Below are positions 14,420-17,732 of a DNA stretch of 17,732 nucleotides, in pieces. The translations under genes were made by a program, and so were the position numbers. Location of the stretch: contig JAWOID010000030.1 in NCBI GenBank assembly GCA_046484865.1, forward strand, positions 1-17,732. Direction: 5' to 3'. Numbering within the stretch: the first letter of the stretch is position 1; each line of letters opens with the position of its first letter. Below the pieces are notes generated by a model, which was given only the letters and a program-made list of their open reading frames with translations, was not told where the DNA came from and made no database searches. Source of the DNA: Candidatus Krumholzibacteriia bacterium. Lineage in GTDB: Bacteria; Krumholzibacteriota; Krumholzibacteriia; LZORAL124-64-63.

Positions 14420-16426
14420 ATGACGCGTATCGAAGACCGGACGGCGCCACCGCGGAACATCGCCCGCTCCGCCGCCAGGGCGCTGCTGCTGGCCGCGAGC
14501 CTGGTGCTCGCAGCGACGTCCGCCGCGGCGCAGCCGGCGGTGGACGACACCTTGCCGCTGGGCCATTACTGGTGGCTGCCCGCCCACACGACAGGCACGG
14601 ACGATTTCCTCGACCTGGGTGCGGGGTGGCTGGATCCCGTGGGGAACACGGGGCGACTGGCTGAGGTGGAGGGACTGGTGGACGAGTGGCGCGGCTTCGG
14701 CCGGCTCGGACTGCACGGCCTTTCGGCCGACGGCGACCTCCTGCTGCTGCGCGGGGCCGGCACCAGCGACGGCGATGGGGCCGGCCGCGCCGGCTTCCTC
14801 TACCACCAGCCCAACCAGGCGTCGTGGGAGCTGGACTTCGCGCGGCACCTGCAGTACGGCGATCCGGCCCGGCGCGACCCCCACCTGCTGGACGCCGCGC
14901 GCGACGATCTGGCCGACCCGACGCTGCTGCGCTGGCACCGGCTCGGCTTCGCCTACGAGCGCCAGCTCGGCGGCGGCTTCGCCGTGATCGCCGGCTACGA
15001 CCAGCAATGGCGCGACGGCGAGCGCTCCGGCCGATCGGGCGTCGCCACCGCCGCGTTCAACGTGTTCGGGCGGCCCAGCGTGCGCGACTTCGCCACCACC
15101 AGCGGCCGCGGCTGGATCGGGGCGGCCTTCTCGGGCGGACGCTTCAGCCTCGAGTCCGCTCTCTCCTACCGGCACGACGGGGGCGACCGCAGTCACCTGT
15201 TCTCCCGCACCGGCGGCGACGACCGGGCCATCACCGCGGCCGACGACCGGGACGTCTGGCGCTGGCGGGTGGCCGGCAGTTACGACGGCGGCCGGCAGCT
15301 GCTCGCCTTCGGCAGCTACGATTACCAGCAGCTCCGGTCGCGGCCCGACGAGTTCCGCGGCGCCACCTCCGGCGCGGGCGCCGACGCGGCCCTGACGTCG
15401 CGCGAGGTCGATGGCGACGCTCGCCGGCATGTCGGGCAACTGGGCGCCGTCTGGTGGCCGAGCCGCGCCTGGCGCGTGCGGACGTTCGTCCGGCTGGAGG
15501 ATCTCAACTCCACCGCCGTGGGGCGGTACGGGAACGACACGGTGAACCTGGCGGAGCGCGCCACCAGCGGCGACCGGGACCGCACCAGGCAGACGTACTC
15601 GGTGGCGGCCAGCTGGAACGCGGGCCCGCGGACGCGGCTGCGTGGCGAGGTGCGCTACCGGCTGAGCGACCAGGAGTTCGACGTCTTCGCCCTGGACGAG
15701 TTCCTGGGCGGCAACGTCCTGCTGCGGCGCCAGGCGGGCGAACGCGACCGCGAGGAACTCGGCGGCGAGCTGAACTTCCGGCACCGCTTCTCGCGGCGGG
15801 TCAGCCTGATGGCCAAGGGCAGCCTGCGCAGCGACGACATCAGCAGGGTGGACGACCCGGCCGGGCTTTACGCCATGGGCGACCACGAGCGTTCCATCGC
15901 GCGCGCCGAGGTCAAGCTGCGCACGCGACCCGGGGGCCGCTTCTGGTGGGATCTGGGCGGCCAGCACATCAGCGAGGACTTCGAGCGCCACGACGTCGAG
16001 ACCGAGACCAGCTGGCGGTCGGTGCGCGGGTTCACGACCCTCTCGTACCAGGTCGTGGACGCGATCACCGCCTTCCTCGACTTCTCGGTGGGCGAAGACG
16101 ACTACGACATCGAAGGCGAGGTCGATGCGATCTTCGCCGATGCCGCCGTCTACAACCCGATCCGCTATCGCACCACCACGTCGCGTCTGGCGCCGGGCGC
16201 GGTGGTCACGCTCACGCCGGGCTGGAACCTGGATGTGCAGTACGAGCGGGTGGACAATCGCGACAGCGTGGCCAACGATACCGACCGCTATCTGGCCCGC
16301 CTGAGCGGCCGCGTGTCCGAGCGGCTGAATCTGGTGGGCGAGTACCGGTTCGTGCAGTTCGAATCGGAGGCCCAGGAAGGATACGAGACGGAACTCGTCT
16401 CGCTGTGGGCCACCTGGCTCTTCTGA
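14420..16426 (+). CDS. Outer-membrane beta-barrel, MtrB/PioB-like decaheme-associated porin, 668 aa
   Basis: GGAGG RBS, ATG 14420, signal peptide ending in AAA-Q; many alternating amphipathic strands; C-terminal beta-signal SLWATWLF; size and position directly after the decaheme gene. Confidence 0.82.
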   Translation: MTRIEDRTAPPRNIARSAARALLLAASLVLAATSAAAQPAVDDTLPLGHYWWLPAHTTGTDDFLDLGAGWLDPVGNTGRLAEVEGLVDEWRGFGRLGLHGLSADGDLLLLRGAGTSDGDGAGRAGFLYHQPNQASWELDFARHLQYGDPARRDPHLLDAARDDLADPTLLRWHRLGFAYERQLGGGFAVIAGYDQQWRDGERSGRSGVATAAFNVFGRPSVRDFATTSGRGWIGAAFSGGRFSLESALSYRHDGGDRSHLFSRTGGDDRAITAADDRDVWRWRVAGSYDGGRQLLAFGSYDYQQLRSRPDEFRGATSGAGADAALTSREVDGDARRHVGQLGAVWWPSRAWRVRTFVRLEDLNSTAVGRYGNDTVNLAERATSGDRDRTRQTYSVAASWNAGPRTRLRGEVRYRLSDQEFDVFALDEFLGGNVLLRRQAGERDREELGGELNFRHRFSRRVSLMAKGSLRSDDISRVDDPAGLYAMGDHERSIARAEVKLRTRPGGRFWWDLGGQHISEDFERHDVETETSWRSVRGFTTLSYQVVDAITAFLDFSVGEDDYDIEGEVDAIFADAAVYNPIRYRTTTSRLAPGAVVTLTPGWNLDVQYERVDNRDSVANDTDRYLARLSGRVSERLNLVGEYRFVQFESEAQEGYETELVSLWATWLF

Positions 16427-16437
16427 CGCCGACCAGG

Positions 16438-16466
16438 GCGGCCGCCGGCAAGGAGCCGGCGGCCGC
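16438..16466. terminator. GC-rich hairpin between convergent porin and pckA genes (probable terminator)
   Basis: GCGGCCGCCGGC-aagga-GCCGGCGGCCGC is a perfect 12-bp stem starting 12 nt after the porin stop. Confidence 0.6.
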
Positions 16467-16554
16467 TTCCGGAAGCCCGGCGGTGTCGCTTGCCGGAGGC
16501 CGGGTCGAGGATCGCCCGGCATTCGCGAACCACCCGCGCGCGGTCACTTCGCGG

Positions 16555-17732
16555 TCACTCCACGTGTGGTCCCGCCGCCGCGATCTCCTCGCTCGCGCCC
16601 GCCGCGAATTCCGCGAAGTTCTCCTGGAAAAGCCCCGCGAGTTCCCTGGCCTTGCGGTCGTACGCCTCCTTGTCCGCCCAGGTCTGGCGCGGGTTGAGCA
16701 CCTCCGAGGGTACGCCCGGGCAGCTCTGCGGCACGGCCACCTTGAAGACGGGGTCGGGGCGGAACTCCACTCCCTCGAGCTGTCCGTCCATGGCTGCGCT
16801 CAGCATGGCGCGGGTGTACTGGATCCGCATGCGCTTGCCGGTGCCGAAGGGGCCGCCCGTCCAGCCCGTGTTCACCAGCCAGCACCGGGAGTCGTGTTCG
16901 GCGATCTTCCGGCCCAGCAGCTCCGCGTAGACCGTGGGGTGCAGCGGCATGAACGGAGCGCCGAAGCAGGCGCTGAACGTGGCCTTCGGTTCGGTGACGC
17001 CTCGCTCGGTGCCGGCCACCTTGGCGGTGTAGCCGGAGATGAAGTGGTACATCGCTTGCGCCGGCGTGAGCCGGGCGAGCGGCGGCATCACCCCGAACGC
17101 GTCGGCGGTGAGCATGATGACATGGCGCGGGTGCCCCCCGCGTCCCTCGGGAATGATGTTCGGCAGGTGGGTGATCGGGTAGCTGGCCCGGGTGTTCTCG
17201 GCGAAGGTGGCGTCGTCCAGGTCGATGCGCCGGGTGCGCGCATCCATGGCCACGTTCTCGAGGATGGTGCCGAAACGCCGGGTCGTCCGGTAGATCTCCG
17301 GCTCCGCCTCCGGATCGAGCCGGATCACCTTGGCGTAACAGCCCCCCTCGAAGTTGAAGACGCCGCCGTCGGTCCAGCCGTGCTCATCGTCACCGATGAG
17401 CGCACGATCGGACTCGCTGCTGAGCGTGGTCTTGCCCGTGCCGGAAAGCCCGAAGAACACGGCCACGTCGCCGTCGGGGCCCTGGTTCGCGGAGCAGTGC
17501 ATGCTCATCACGCCGCGCTGGGGCAGCAGGTAGTTCATCACCGTGAAGATCGACTTCTTGATCTCTCCCGCGTAGCTGGTGCCGCCGATGATCGCCAGCT
17601 TGCGGCCGAAGTGCAAGAGGATGAACGCCTCGCTGTTCGTGCTGTCGATCTCCGGCACCGCGTGGAAGCTGGGGCAGTGCAGCACGGTGAAGTCGGCCGG
17701 CCATTCCTCCTGCTCGCCCGGCTCGAGCGCGT
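16555..17732 (-). CDS. pckA: Phosphoenolpyruvate carboxykinase (ATP), 5' end outside the window
   Basis: [52 protein letters not shown] and FSACFGAPF; the frame stays open to the window edge. Confidence 0.98.
   Translation of the reverse strand, partial: ALEPGEQEEWPADFTVLHCPSFHAVPEIDSTNSEAFILLHFGRKLAIIGGTSYAGEIKKSIFTVMNYLLPQRGVMSMHCSANQGPDGDVAVFFGLSGTGKTTLSSESDRALIGDDEHGWTDGGVFNFEGGCYAKVIRLDPEAEPEIYRTTRRFGTILENVAMDARTRRIDLDDATFAENTRASYPITHLPNIIPEGRGGHPRHVIMLTADAFGVMPPLARLTPAQAMYHFISGYTAKVAGTERGVTEPKATFSACFGAPFMPLHPTVYAELLGRKIAEHDSRCWLVNTGWTGGPFGTGKRMRIQYTRAMLSAAMDGQLEGVEFRPDPVFKVAVPQSCPGVPSEVLNPRQTWADKEAYDRKARELAGLFQENFAEFAAGASEEIAAAGPHVE

Noticed and set aside
10052..16466. The two flanking hairpins (both contain CCGGCGGCC and a TCCT loop) as ends of a mobile island or REP elements
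   Set aside because: Arm order differs, no target duplication or integrase is visible, and the similarity is plausible by chance in GC-rich terminators.
10100..16522. Antisense ORFs 10100..11470, 12313..13479, 13425..14387 and 14393..16522, and the upstream extensions starting at 12202, 13329 and 13721
   Set aside because: Shadow frames or over-extended starts; RBS and signal peptides place the starts at 12301, 13464 and 14420.

Overview
High-GC bacterial window. A short RpoD-like sigma factor and a PNPxNP/FlgD-type C-terminal sorting domain suggest an FCB-group lineage such as Latescibacterota, Krumholzibacteriota or Eisenbacteria (inference only). The left half holds a minus-strand run (RluA pseudouridine synthase, exported thioredoxin with a (PGGSx)14 tail, LhgO-family FAD oxidoreductase, hotdog acyl-CoA thioesterase, divergent PAP2 protein, and the start of a Cys/His-rich, possibly IS1-like gene), a degenerate 7/8-bp tandem array, two convergent exported peptidases (S9A prolyl oligopeptidase, M1 aminopeptidase) and the sigma factor. 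The main feature is a porin-cytochrome extracellular electron transfer locus at 10145-16426. A 9-heme Ig-domain lipoprotein is transcribed divergently from an operon encoding an 8-heme lipoprotein, a 10-heme MtrA/DmsE-type cytochrome and an MtrB/PioB-type beta-barrel (27 CxxCH motifs in total). The shared promoter region carries a Fur-like palindrome. The window ends inside pckA.
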